Source of the DNA: Chiloscyllium plagiosum
Taxonomy: Eukaryota
Assembly (NCBI RefSeq): GCF_004010195.1
Contig: NC_057718.1
Coordinates: 11,249,569-11,313,568, forward strand
Reading direction: 5' to 3'
Length of the DNA: 64,000 nt
The notes under the pieces are model-generated. The model ran no database searches, was not told the origin of the DNA, and saw only the letters and a program-made list of their open reading frames with translations. The position numbers and the translations under genes are program-made. Shown here in pieces: positions 1-11,440 of this stretch (positions within the stretch are counted from its first letter, which is position 1; each line of letters begins with the position of its first letter).

Positions 1-368
1 AGGTTTACAAAATTATGAGGGGCATGGATAGGATAAATAGGCAAAGTCTTTTCCCTGGGGTCGGGGAGTCCCAGAACTAGAAGGCATAGGTTTAAGGTGA
101 GAGGGGAAAGATATAATAGAGACCTAAGGGGCAACTTTTTCACACAGTGGGTGGTACGTGTATGGAATGAGCTGCCAGAGGATGTGATGGAGACTGGTAC
201 AATTGCAACATTTAAGAGGCATCTAGATGGGTATATGAATAGGAAGGGTTTGGAGGGATATGGGCAGGGTACTGGCAGGTGGGACTAGATTGGGTTGGGG
301 TATCTGGTCGGCATGGACAGGTTGGACCGAAGGGTCTGTTTCCATGCTGTACCTCTCTATGACTCTAT
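1..368 (+). mobile_element. CR1-clade LINE (HER1-like) 3' fragment
   Basis: Encodes the CR1 ORF2 C-terminus (RGNFFTQWVVRVWNELP...FKRHLDGYM); 3' UTR ggaccgaagggtctgtttccatgctgta ends in a (ctctatga)n tail. Confidence 0.9.
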
Positions 369-519
369 AACCTTTCCTTGGATCTAAAATCTCTCAGTCC
401 TGGTATCATTCCAGTGAATCTTCTAGGTATAGACAATGAATCCTGGCCTAGCCAGTGTTGCCCAGATCCTGTAAATGTTTTATTAAAATTGAGTTACTTG
501 GGACTCTGTTCACTGGAGA

Positions 520-810
520 AGTCTGTACTGAGAGAGTGCCACACTGTCAGAGATGCTATTTGTCGCCAGAATCAATTCCTCGTTCGCCCTGTCTGATGGA
601 GATAGTACTATTTTGAGGTGAGCAGGGAAATTTCACCGGTGTCCTGGTCGAATGCTTTCTCTGAATGAACCTGACAAAAAGACAGATTATCCCAAGATCA
701 AGTAGCTGCGTTTGGGAGCTTGATGTGAGGGAACTGATTGGTCTGTTCCTGATATGACTACATTTCAAAAATATTCCACTGGTTGTGAAGTATTTTGGGG
801 TTTACTGCTG
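520..810 (+). mobile_element. Degenerate Deu-domain SINE (SacSINE1-like)
   Basis: gtactgagagagtgccacactgtcagagatgc...ggtgtcctggtc...acagattatc...tgggagcttg...gactacatttcaaaa; same family as the clearer copy at 32800-33110. Confidence 0.6.
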
Positions 811-815
811 TTGTA

Positions 816-829
816 GTTACCATAGCAAC
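816..829. promoter_or_regulatory. RFX X-box-like palindrome
   Basis: gttaccatagcaac matches GTNRCC-NN-RGYAAC; motif match only. Confidence 0.3.
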
Positions 830-977
830 CCAATTGATGCGTTTAATGAGGCACATTTACCCAAAATGAATGATTAGACCGGACTGATGACCCATTAATT
901 GCTGAGCTACAATGGATGTGAACTCTGTGCAGAGACGCCTCCACACAAGCAACATCTCCACAGGCAGAATATAAATC

Positions 978-1082
978 AGAGAACTGCGGTTACTGGAAAT
1001 CTGAAACAAAAGTAGAAATTGCTGGAGAAACTCAACAGGTCTGGTAGCAACAGTGGAGAGAAAGTAAGGTTTTGGGTCCAGA
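978..1082 (-). mobile_element. Penelope-like terminal repeat, family B (old)
   Basis: ctggagaaactcaacaggtctggtagca motif shared with copies at 4625, 9185, 10125, 29238, 30540, 48500 and 50045. Confidence 0.6.
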
Positions 1083-2384
1083 TTTTGGGGGCATATATGC
1101 TGAAGATAGAGGTTGGGGAATGTGGGGGAGGGAAAGGAGCAAGCAAATAGTTGCAGACATAGAAAGAGAGAGAGAAAGACGATCGGACAGACAAAGTGAG
1201 GGATAATGGTAAGCTGGAGAGAACCATCTTTGGGAGGGGTGTAGAGACATGATGACCAATAAATCCTCATTGGATTCTCTCTGTACAACCCAGGAGAGGG
1301 AGACGCACAACAGAATTGGAAATGATGGCCAGGGTTTCAAAGTGTTGTGTACTCTCCATCCATTCCTTTCGCTTCCTGTTATCCTGTCATTCATCTGTAG
1401 CAACCCAGAATCTCACCAGGATTTCCAGCAGCATCCTCTGTGTACTGAGTAAGAGCACAAAGCCTTCTGTGCAAACAATGCCAGTAATGTATGGACAGTC
1501 AGTGTCAGCGATGAGATAAATATTGACCCTATGCTTGTATGGGGCACCAGTATATTGCCCTTGATATGTCCACAGTTGAGTTCACACTCCCCCTGGGATC
1601 ATCTCTAAGTATTAGGTTATGGGGGCTTTTGTTCCCAGCAGAGAATGAGAACATTGTAATGTATCAGACTCCACTGAAAAACTAACCCTTTACTGTAGAA
1701 AAGAGCAAACATAGCCTCCAGGTCACACACAGTGATCTTGGGGGGGGGTTGTGGGCCAAGCAATTGTTAAATGTGCAGAGCTCGTTTGCAAATGCATGCC
1801 TGCATTCAGGGAGATAGGGAAGATGATCAGGCCAGTAGGAATGTCATGAGAGAAGCTTCATTAAATGGTCAGGGGCCTGATCCATCCATCCATGCCCGAT
1901 TCCTCGCTGTTAATGTCTGCAATCATTCTGCACTTTGAACCACTCCCTTTACTGTCCTTCCCATCTCTGTCAACTGGTGTAGCCACCTCACAACACACTG
2001 ACGCTCACTCTGATCTCACATACCTCCTTTTTCTGCTCCTCGCTTATAAATTTCCTCCTCTGAGCATTTTAGCACAAGCCTTGCGTAAGTCTATCCAAAC
2101 CCAGCCCCCCCCCCTCCTTTACCAGCTGAGAAACTGTCTCTGGCTGTCCAGCCCCACCGGCCTCAGGTCTCCTAGTTGCTCACAGCTATAATGTAACAAG
2201 TGATTAAGGGAATGCAGTATATATAGTAAACCTGCTTAGAGTTCATCAAGATTAACCCCAGCTCCTGCTGTGGACTTTGTCTGGACATCCTTCCCCACTT
2301 GCTGAGACTAATATTAACGAAAGGGATTGGGGCACATTAATCTACCTGAGGCTTCTCAGCTGCCAACAACATTGCACGTGGCAA

Positions 2385-3440
2385 ATACCATGTTGGCTCA
2401 GTGGTTAGCACTGCTACCTCCCAGTGTCAGGGACCTGGGCTCAGTTCTAGCCTTGGGTGATTGCCTGTGAGGAGTTTGTATGTTAAAACATAGAATGGTA
2501 CAGGCCCTTCAGCTCTCGGTGTTGTGCCAACCTTTGATCCTACTCTAAGTTCAGACTAACCTACATATCCTTCATTGTACTATCATCCATGTGCCTATAC
2601 AAGAGTTGCTTAAATGTCCCTAATGTATCTGACTCTACTACCACTGCTGGCAGTGCATTCCACACTCCCACCACTCTCTCTGTAAAGAACCGACCTCTGA
2701 CATCTCCCCTAAACCTTTCTTCCAATCACCTTAAAATTATGACCCTCATGATAGACCTTTCCGCCCTGGGAAAATGTCTCAGCCTATCCATTCTATCTAT
2801 GCCTCTCAACATCTTGTACACCTCTATCAAGTCATGTCTCATCCTTCTCTGCTCCAATGAGAAAAGCCCTAGCTCCCTCAACATTTCTTCATAAGACATG
2901 CCCTCCAGTCCAGGCAGCATCCTGGTAAATCTCCTCTGCAGCCTCTCTAAAGCTTCCACATCTTTCCAGTAATGATGTGACCAGAACTGAATGCAATATT
3001 CCAAGTGTGGTCTAACCAGGGTTCTATAGAGCTGCAGCATAACCTTACAGCTGTTAAACTCAACCCCCCTGCTAATGAAAGCCAACACACCATATGCCTT
3101 CTTAACAATCCTATCAGCTTGAGGGATCTATGGACAGAGACCCAAAGATTCCTCCACACTGCCAAGAATCCTGCCCTTACTCTGAATTCTGCTTCAATGC
3201 AACCTTCCAAAGTGAATCACTTCACACTTTTCCGGGTTGAACTCCAGCTGCCATGTTCTCCCTGAGACTGTGCGGGTTTGCTCCAGTTTCCGCCCAAGGA
3301 TGTGCAGGTTAGGTGGATTGGCCACGGTAAATTGTCCTGTCGTGTGTTGGGTGGGGGATGGGTCTGGGTGGGATGCCCTTCAGAGGGTTGCTGCAGTCTC
3401 AATGGGCCAAATAGCCTCATTTTGCACTGCAGGGATGCTA
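2385..3440 (+). mobile_element. HE1-type V-SINE split by a CR1 insertion (SINE parts ~2385-2484 and ~3258-3440)
   Basis: tRNA-like head tggctcagtggttagcactgct; body resumes at ttctccc after the CR1; atgtt duplicated at 2480-2484 and 3253-3257. Confidence 0.8.
2485..3252 (-). mobile_element. CR1 LINE ORF2/3' fragment
   Basis: LYRTLVRPHLEYCIQFWS...LERLQRRFTRMLPGL...LGLFSLEQRRMRHDLIEVYKML, typical CR1 post-RT region. Confidence 0.92.
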
Positions 3441-3994
3441 TGAGGAAGGTAAGCCCATGTGGTTACCCCCCAGAGGCTGTTTTTACATGTCTTAATTTGG
3501 TTTCAAGTTTAATGCAGTCCTCCATCACTCTCACTAACCTCTCTGCCCTTTGCTTTCCCATTTGCATCAAGGTAGTGATGACAACACCTGTCTCACCCAC
3601 ATTGTCCCTGTCTCTGACCAAACTGCAACGTGTTTAAGTGAAACAGTCTCTGAAGTAATCCTCTGACAACACCTTTTTGGATCAGTCCCTGAAGGGGCAG
3701 AAACCATTTACTTTAGAAATGAATTTAGTCCCCTTGCCTCTGGTGACCTCAGAGCCTTCTCCCTCCCCTCTCCCTCTCCATTAGCCTCAAAGGTATCCAT
3801 CACCCAAGTGTCACTTTCTCACTTTGCTTTTCATCCATTAATCTCGCTTCCCTCCTCAATCCCTTGGCAGGAAAATGTCTAAATATTGAGAGAACGGGGG
3901 AGGGTGTGATGAGAGGTAGTGCAACACAGACAGCATCCCTTCACTGGCTGCTCAGTAACCACATCATAAGAGATTGACCAATATGTGGAACTGG

Positions 3995-4552
3995 CTGCCT
4001 AATGGTACTGTCACTGGGCTAGTAATCCAGAGAACCAGATATTGATCTGGGAATGTGGGTTCGAATCCTGTCATGGCAGATGGGTTTACAACAACTGTCA
4101 GTGGTTACGTGGTCACTCTTAAGCTAGCTTTAGATTCCTGATTTTACTAAAATCAAATTTGATAATTTGCTGTGATGGGATTTAAATTCATGTCCCCAGA
4201 ACATTAAATGCATCTCCGGATGCTAGAGATCTGACACTAATACCAGTTCTGAAGCCTGACCAAGTCAATGGTTGGAATCCTGCCACAGCAGATGGTAGAA
4301 TTTGAATTCAATAACTATCCGGAATTAGGAATCTAATGTCGACCATGAATCCAATGGCGATTGTCGGGAAACCCAGTCTGGTTCACTAATGTCCTTTAGG
4401 GAAGGAAACTGCCATCGTTACCTGGTCTGGCCTACATGTGACTCCAGACCCACAGCAATGTGGTTGACTCTTAACTGCCCTCTGGGCAATTAGGGATGGG
4501 CAATAAATGCTGACACAGCCAACGATGCCCTCATCCCATGAATGAATAAAGA
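3995..4552 (+). mobile_element. tRNA-derived SINE family 2, composite with an inverted internal piece at ~4085-4245
   Basis: B-box gggttcgaatcc; body ctggttcactaatgtcctttagggaagg...; tail gggcaataaatgctg...catcccatgaatgaataaa shared with the LINE at 55845-56945. Confidence 0.75.
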
Positions 4553-4624
4553 AAGTCCCATCTGTTCCAGAGATGTGTAATAACATCCCTGAACAGGGTG
4601 ATTAGGAAAATAGGGTACAAGTTT

Positions 4625-4730
4625 TGAAGAAGAGTAACAAGATCTGAAACGTTAACTCTGTTTCTTTCTCCACTGATGCTTCCAGGCCTGCTGAGTTTCT
4701 CCAGCAATTTCTGTTTTTGTTTGTTTCCTC
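4625..4730 (+). mobile_element. Penelope-like terminal repeat, family B
   Basis: tgaagaagag...gaaacgttaactctgttt...cctgctgagtttctccagca. Confidence 0.6.
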
Positions 4731-4759
4731 AGAACATTGGTCAGGGGTTCTGGGGTTGC

Positions 4760-5277
4760 TAGAATTTCTTCCCCCAGAGGGTTGTGAGTCTTTGGAAGTC
4801 CTTGTGTACATGTAAGACTGAGAGAGTTCGATACCTGCTCAGTCGGGGAAACGAGAGTTCAGGAGAAAAACATCAGAAAGTGGATGTAAGGAGTGTTGGA
4901 TCAGCCATGATCCTATTGAAAGGTGGAGCAGGATCGAGGGGCCGAAAGGCCTACTCCTGTTCTTGTTCCTTATGGTCTTATGATCTCCCAAATCCCTCCA
5001 AACCTTTCCTATTCATGAACTCATCCAAATGTTGTTTAACAGTAACTGCATCTGCCACTTCCTGTGGCAGTTCATTCAAATTTTCCCCATAATTTGAAAG
5101 TACTTTATTTGGCTGTAACTTAGGCTCTGGGACAATCTGTTATGCTCTGGAACACTCTCTGTGGAAAAAACGTTGTCCCTCGCAGGCAGGTGGGACTAGT
5201 TTAGTTTGGGAACATGGTCGGCATGGACTGGATGGACCAAAGGGTCTGTTTGTGTGCTGTAGGACCCGATGACTATG
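4760..5277. mobile_element. CR1 3' fragments, including an internally inverted copy (~4990-5181 minus, 5182-5277 plus)
   Basis: Similarity to the CR1 3' end at 1-368 in both orientations. Confidence 0.7.
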
Positions 5278-5640
5278 GTCCTACACCTCTCTCAAGTGCT
5301 CCAGTGGTGTTCCAGGTCTTTCCACTGATCGTCTCAGGATAACTGATGGGCACCTGAGTGTTTCTGATGAATGTTTCGGCTTCTCTTTCTCTCCAGCAGC
5401 CTGTGGAATCCTCCTTTGCCATGGTGAACGGTTTGCCATATTGAGGTTTTGTCTTGGTTCATTATGTTGCCTGGGGGGGATGGGTGGGGAGATGGTGGGC
5501 GTTGGGAGTAAGGGCTGCCAGGGTGAGGAGGGGGAGGGGGGGATGGTGCGGGCAATGAAGTGAAAAGGTCTGCTCCCTTCCGAGCCCCTAACACAGCATG
5601 TCTTTATGGCAACGAATGGTTCGAATCTCAGAGCCTGACT

Positions 5641-5876
5641 CCAGTCTGAAAATGTGTTGCTGGAAAAGCGCAGCAGGTCAGGCAGCATCCAAGGAGCAGG
5701 AGAATTAACGTTCTGGACACAAGACCTTCATCAGGAATGACGCCTCCTTCCTGATGAAGGGCTTATGCCCAAAACATCGATTCTTCTGCTCCTCGGATGC
5801 TGCCTGACCTGCTGTGCTTTTCCAGCACCACATTCTCGACTCTGATCTCCAGCGTCTGCAGTCCTCACTTTCTCCA
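5641..5876. mobile_element. Penelope-like terminal repeat family A, inverted pair
   Basis: tgctggaaaagcgcagcaggtcaggcagcatcc...cttcatcaggaa followed by its reverse complement ttcctgatgaag...cagtcctcactttctcc. Confidence 0.85.
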
Positions 5877-6060
5877 CATTTTAATGAAGGGGTTTTCCTC
5901 AGGTCATTCCCCAGGAAGTGGATGAGGTGAGATGAGCAGACCCCACAGCCTGAACAGAAATACGCGGGAATTTAAAAGATGGGCAATGACTCCACTTTCT
6001 CCAATTTTCTTTAAAAACCAATCCACATTTTCCTCCCATATCTGTCATGGTAATTTAGGT

Positions 6061-6238
6061 CCCCCCGCCCCCACCTTTTATCTCAGCCCGCTTGGCACAC
6101 CAATCTCATTCCTGAAGAAGGGCTTATGCACGAAACGTCGATTCTCCTGCTCCTCAGATGCTGCCTGGCCTGCTGTGTTTTTCCAGCACCACATTTTTCA
6201 ACTCTGGTCTCCAGCATCTGCAGTCCTCAATTTCTCCC
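6061..6238 (+). mobile_element. Penelope-like 3' end, family A, with hammerhead-like core at 6112-6139
   Basis: Matches the 3' end of the GIY-YIG-bearing element at 29803; ctgaaga-a-gggc-ttat-gcac-gaaa-cgtc. Confidence 0.8.
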
Positions 6239-6309
6239 ACAAGAAGATTGAGCCCCACATTGTTTGCCTTCCCCCCAACTTCTCTGGGTCTCTGGATATC
6301 CTCCCAACC

Positions 6310-6548
6310 CCACTTTGCTCCAGGCCACTGGACAGCGGCCCCTGCTCCAGGCCACTGGATGCCCCCCTGCTACAGGCTGCTGGACAGACACCCCTGCTCC
6401 AGGTCGCTGGATCCTCCCATTCCACTCCAGGCCACTAGCAGAAAAGGAAAACGTCAAAAGATGAAGATAAACACAAGAGAGAGAAAAAAAGAGAAAGAAA
6501 AGGAAAGGGAGTGGATGATCTCTGACCCTCCTGCACTGCCATCTTGGA
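6310..6548 (-). repeat. About 5 imperfect tandem units (ctgctccaggccactgg core) plus a probable retroposon 5' end
   Basis: Repeated ctgctccaggccactgg; purine-rich tract; gccatcttgg (caagatggc on the minus strand). Confidence 0.45.
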
Positions 6549-7069
6549 TTAGTGAGAGCTTTGTTCTTACTGAAACCTTGAAGTCATTGGGGGAACTCAA
6601 TAGGCTAGACATTGGGGTAGAACCCCCTGCTCACTTGAGCCACCCGATTCTGCTCTTACTGTGGGAACATCATGGCACAGAGCAAACGTCTCTATTGATT
6701 ATCACTCGGCACTACAAGTTTACTCATTTCACATCTGACCCAATGGTGTTTCTGATTCTAAATCATTCACCAGACTTGAAACAGTGTCAGGCCCAGTGCT
6801 TCTTCCCAGGGGCTGTCCCATCTGCAAGGACTTAGAGATTGAATGGACCATCCCTTCCAATAACCGCCCTGCACCATCCTACCAACCCCCACCCCCACCC
6901 CTCCCAGCCCCCGCCCCCACCCCTCCCAGCCCCCTGACTGTCACATTGACCCTCTCAAAGTTTGTACACCCCAGTCCAATACCGGCATCTCCGAATCATG
7001 ACCCTCTCAACCTTTTGATGACTGTAAAGTGAAGAATGCCACTCAGTCTAACGCTCACACCTCCTTCAG

Positions 7070-7261
7070 GATGTCAGGCCTGCAGATTGATCCAATCACC
7101 TCTTACCCAGTCTTGTTGCCAGGCAGTTCTATTCATCTTCGCTCCTGCCCCATCTTGGAATTTCCGCCCACCACTGAACCAGACATTTATGGAAAGTTCA
7201 CGAAAGCTCGAAAAGAAGAAAAAACAACTTTGGTGCTTAATTCTCCAAGGCCTCCCGAAAG
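7070..7261 (+). other. Candidate internal exon (192 bp), gene unknown
   Basis: Branch-like ctaac (7048-7052), acceptor cctccttcag|G, donor AAG|gtaaac; length divisible by 3; two frames open; non-repetitive. Confidence 0.3.
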
Positions 7262-7452
7262 GTAAACAGTCTCTCTTCATATTTTGTTAGGTCCGTAACA
7301 AAATTCATGCAGTTGTTCAAAGCAGTAAACTACAGCATTGTAACTCTTCTCCAGCTGAGTCAAAGTCACAAAGCTGTTCATTACACATCTCTTCAGTCAC
7401 TTTGACCTTCCTCTCAATGTCCAACTCATCGTCCAACCCCCTCCACGCACAG

Positions 7453-7950
7453 GATTGATTGGATTGGATTTATTTATTGTCACATGTACCCTGTAGCAAC
7501 ATACAGTGAAAAGTGTTGTATACTGTCTCCCCTCTCTGGCACCACCTTAAAACACAGAAAAATAATCTAAAACATAGAATATAAAAACCTGAAAAATGAA
7601 GAACTAAAGGAAGTGTCTAACTTTACAGTCCTTCTGGTTAAGTGCTCTGACCTAGACCTGATAGCCAGGTACAGAACCCCTTTCACTGCGCTCCCGCTGC
7701 TGGAATGATGAGTCCTTGTCTGACCTTGCCAATGTAGATGTCACCCATGCTGCCGGGTACCGCACCGGCTCTAACTCAACTCCGCCACTGCCAGGAGTCT
7801 GCCTCGTGCCCACCTCACCAACTCAGCTGCTGCTGATGCCACTGGTTCTTGTATTACACCCCAACTCACTTCTGTCACCACCTCCATGAATCTGGGATGG
7901 ATGCAGAAGCTGCAGGGAACCCAAACTTGCCTTTGATATCACCACCACGG
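7453..7950 (-). mobile_element. Non-LTR retroposon 3' end (Rex1/Babar-like tail), probably non-autonomous
   Basis: Minus strand ends ttttcactgtatgttgctacagggtacatgtgacaataaataaatccaatccaatcaatc; no ORF similarity seen. Confidence 0.5.
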
Positions 7951-9170
7951 GTCTGCACTAGTGGGCCTGCTCGAGTCCGTGCTGCTGGGCCTACTTGAAT
8001 CTGTGCTGCTAGGCTTACTGTAGTCTGTGCTGCTGGGCCTACTCAAGTCTGTGCTGCTAGGCCTACTTGCGTCGGTGCTGCTGGGCCTAATCAAGTCTGT
8101 GCAGTTGGGCCTACTTGAGTCCGCGCTGCTAGGCCTACTCGAGTCCGTCCAGCTGCGCCAATTCTAGTCCTTCCTGCTGGGCCTACTCAAGTCTGTGTTG
8201 CTGGGCCTACTTGAGTCCTCATTGCTGGGCATACTCAAGTCCGTGCTGCTGGGCCTACTCGAGTCCAAGCTGTTGGCCAACTTGAGTCTGTGCTGCTGGG
8301 CCTATTCAATTCCAAACTGTTGGGCCCACTCGAGTCCGTGCTGGTGGGCCTACTCGAATCTGTGCTGCTAGGCTTACTGGAGTCTGTGCTGCTGGGCTTA
8401 CTAGAGTCTGTGCTGCTGGGCCTACTTGAGTCTGTGGTGCTGGGCCTACTCGAGTCCTCACTGCTGGGCATACTCCAGTCCGTGCTGCTGGGCCTATTGA
8501 GTCTATACTGCTGAGCTTAATCAAGTAAGTGCTGCTGGGTCTACTCAAGTCCTCGCTGCTAGGCCAACTCGAGTCCATGCTGTTGGGCCTACCTGAGTTA
8601 GAACTGCTGGGCCTAATGGAGTCCTCGCTGCTGGGCCTACTCAAGTCCATGCTGCTGAGTCTACTTGAGTCCTCGCTGCTAGGCCTACCTGAATCTGCAC
8701 TACTGGGCTTACTTGCTTCTCGCTGCCAGGCCTACTCGAGTCTGCGGTGCTGGGTCTACCCTAATCTGCGTTGCTAGATCTACTTGGATCTCTGCTGCTG
8801 GGTTTACTCAATCCTTGCTGCCAGGCTTACTTGAGTCCTCGCTGCTAAGCCTACTCGAAACCGCGCTGCTGGACCTACTTGAGTCCGTGCTGCTGGGCTG
8901 ACCCAAGTCCACGCTGCTGGGCTACTCAAGTCCGTGCTGCTGGACCCACTTGAATCTATGCTGCTGGGCCTACTCGAGTCCTCTCTGGTGGGCCTACTCA
9001 AGTCAGTGCTGCTCGGCCTGCTTGAGTCCTCTCTGCTGAACCTATTCGAATCTGTGCAGCTGGGCCTACTTGCTCCTCGCTGCCAGACCTACTTGAGTCT
9101 TCATTGCTGGGCCTACTCGAGTCCGTGCTGCTGGGCCTACTCAAGACTGTGCTGCTGGCCTACTCAAGAC
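7951..9170. repeat. 24-bp minisatellite, about 50 copies
   Basis: Consensus gagtccgtgctgctgggcctactc; translates as (LLGLLESV)n on plus and (PSSTDSSR)n on minus, with stops and frameshifts. Confidence 0.95.
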
Positions 9171-9184
9171 CACACATCACGTTA

Positions 9185-9287
9185 GCTCGGGTAAAGAGTC
9201 ATCCAGACTTGAAATGTTAGCTTGCTATCTCTCCATGGATGCTGCCTGACCCACTGTGATCTCCAGCATTTGTTGTTTTCACTGCAG
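9185..9287 (+). mobile_element. Penelope-like terminal repeat, family B-related
   Basis: aagagtc-atcca-gacttgaaatgttagc...gatgctgcctgaccc...tctccagcatt. Confidence 0.55.
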
Positions 9288-10021
9288 TACAATAGCTACG
9301 CAGCTGAGAGACTGATACCTCTGTCGTGTCAGGGCCTAGTTGCTGGTTGCTATGGATAGGCCGGTCCTGCTTTCTCGGAGTTGGCGGGATACGGACTCAG
9401 ACCTGCATTTCTGTCAGTTTTGTCACTGGTGCTCAACACCAATGAGAGAGAGAGAGACAGACAGACAGAGACAGAGAGAGATAGAGATTTTTCAGAACGA
9501 ACACAGAAACTAGGAGCGGGAATGAACCATTTGGATCTTTGAATGGAAAGGTTTAGGGAAGCTGAGTTCAGGGCCCAAGTCTTGAATTGATTAAAATCCT
9601 TGACACTCAAGAGGTTACAATGAAACTGTTGCAAATAGGAAGCAAAATTGATCCACCAGTAAGGGCTCTGTTTCTGTACAAAGTCGACCTGAACAAAGGC
9701 TTCGAGTTAATCTCCCCTCAGATCTACTTGGTCAATACTGGAGGAAATGTGCAAACTCAATGAGATAAGGAAAATCTCATTCAAATGCAAACGTTCTTCT
9801 GATACGGAGTTAATGGTTCAGTCTGAGAGTCAGAATGAAATCTTTCAGCATCCTTTCGAGATCACCATGAATCAGCAGAGATGTCTGCACTGGAATACGT
9901 TCATCTGAGATTGGGTCATTTAATCTGGTTAAAAACCCCTCGTGTGTGTGACCAATTGTAAAGATAAAACCTCAGTAATGCCTCGAGGAGATGTTACTAA
10001 CCCTCCCCACTTCCCCTCAAC

Positions 10022-10215
10022 AACTTGCATTTATATAACACCTTCCAAGTGATAAAATATCCCAACAGTCTCAGGAGTGTTGTAAAACAAAATTTGACAT
10101 CGAGCCACCTGGAAGCAATATCAGAAACAAGCGCAGGGAACGTTGGAGAAACTCGGGGCGTCTGTGGAGAGAGAAAAACAGAGTTAATGTTTCAAGTGCA
10201 GTGACCCTTCAGAAA
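10022..10215 (-). mobile_element. L2-type 3' tail plus family B PLE terminus
   Basis: caacttgcatttatataacacctt (reverse of an L2-type tail), then ggagaaactc...gtggagagagaaaaacagagttaatgtttc...gacccttcagaa. Confidence 0.55.
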
Positions 10216-10555
10216 TTCCCTTCCTCCTAGTTCAAGCACTGACAATTGCTGGGGTATAGCTTACAACAGACATCAGCAACTGAAGATCAGTGAAATCCTT
10301 ACACCACTCCCAATACCTCCCAACCTGATTTGTGAATTTTCTGCCCACTGGCAAGCTACTTGACTGTGAGGGCTTTGCAGCTGTGTTCATTTCTCCAGGA
10401 AAGAGACGGGCTGAAGTTCCTGATGGAGGCCTTTCAGATTGAGAACGGGAGGGAATAGGACCAGGGACACATTTCCAGTTGAAGGTCAGACCAAAGCTGA
10501 GGGTCACAAATAAATATAAGATGGTGGTGCGTTCCGACTCACTCAGGGAATCTGA

Positions 10556-10569
10556 GTTGCCACGGTAAC
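10556..10569. promoter_or_regulatory. RFX X-box-like palindrome
   Basis: gttgccacggtaac in non-repetitive sequence; motif match only. Confidence 0.3.
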
Positions 10570-10724
10570 ATGCGGGTTGTAGTCTGGAGTTGTGCATAGT
10601 GACAGTGGAGATGTCAATGTTCCTTCATGGCCAGAGGACCACATTGGCACAATAATTCAACCCCTTGAGTGAACTGTAAAACCTAGGCAACACCACCCAC
10701 AAGTTAATGTTTTTAAACCATATA

Positions 10725-10893
10725 CCGGGCAACCTCGATTATCTGAATGACGCGGGTGGGGAGTATTTTGTTCAGATAACCGAATGTTTGGATAACCAAA
10801 TGCTGGGTAACACAGTTTAGCCAAGACCTTGCGATCTTGTTCGGATAATCCGAAATTCAGATATTCAAATGCCAGATAATCGAGGTTCCTTTG
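10725..10893. mobile_element. Tigger/pogo-like MITE
   Basis: Terminal inverted repeats share an exact 15-bp core aacctcgattatctg / cagataatcgaggtt; flanked by TA at 10723-24 and 10894-95; internal ggataa repeats. Confidence 0.8.
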
Positions 10894-11199
10894 TACAAGG
10901 AAAATCAGGTTCCTTTGAAAGCAAAGCATGTGTGTATTATATCTCAAAAGATTATTTTCTGAAAGAACTTTGCCTTATTTGCATTTGAATGAACGAATAC
11001 GATCTGTTTCCATTAACTCCCTAGGGTTCCTGTTCCATAGCGTATCCACCTGCTCACTGAAATATTGAATTTACCTGTTTTTTTTGTGGCTCTGTCTCTC
11101 TCCTGGACAAGATTCTGTTCCTCTTCAGCTGTTTCGGATGATCTGATCCAAGCAATGTCTTTTATTCCTGCATAGTGTGCACGCATTTAGTCAGAGACA

Positions 11200-11440
11200 A
11201 CATTTATTGCCCATCCTTGAACTGAGAGGCTTGGTAGACCAATTCAGAGTGCAGTTAGGAGTTAGCCACATTGCTGTGGGTCTGGAGTCACGTGTAGGCC
11301 AGACTGGATAAGGATGGTGGATTTGCTTCCCTGAAGGACTTTAGGGAAGCAGATGGGACTTTAACAATAATCAGTGAGAGTTCACCGTGGTCACCATCTG
11401 TGATTGCAACTTTATCAGCTGCCAATGTGGGGTTTGAAAC
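11200..11440 (-). mobile_element. SINE family 2 fragment
   Basis: catttattgcccatcc...cacattgctgtgggtctggagtcacgtgtaggccagac is the reverse of 4420-4510. Confidence 0.75.

Noticed and set aside
5641..5876. MITE or DNA transposon reading of the inverted pairs
   Set aside because: The arm sequence is the 3' terminus of RT/GIY-YIG elements at 29803, 33138 and 38921; arms are asymmetric and TSD lengths vary.
6158..6835. 225-aa ORF
   Set aside because: Chimera of a PLE terminus, tandem repeats and a purine tract; no coding signature.
7951..9170. CRISPR-like array
   Set aside because: Units are contiguous with no unique spacers, there are no cas genes, and the context is vertebrate.
8235..9185. 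Leu-rich and Ser-rich repetitive ORFs
   Set aside because: Translations of the 24-bp minisatellite, broken by stops and frameshifts on both strands; no splice or start context.
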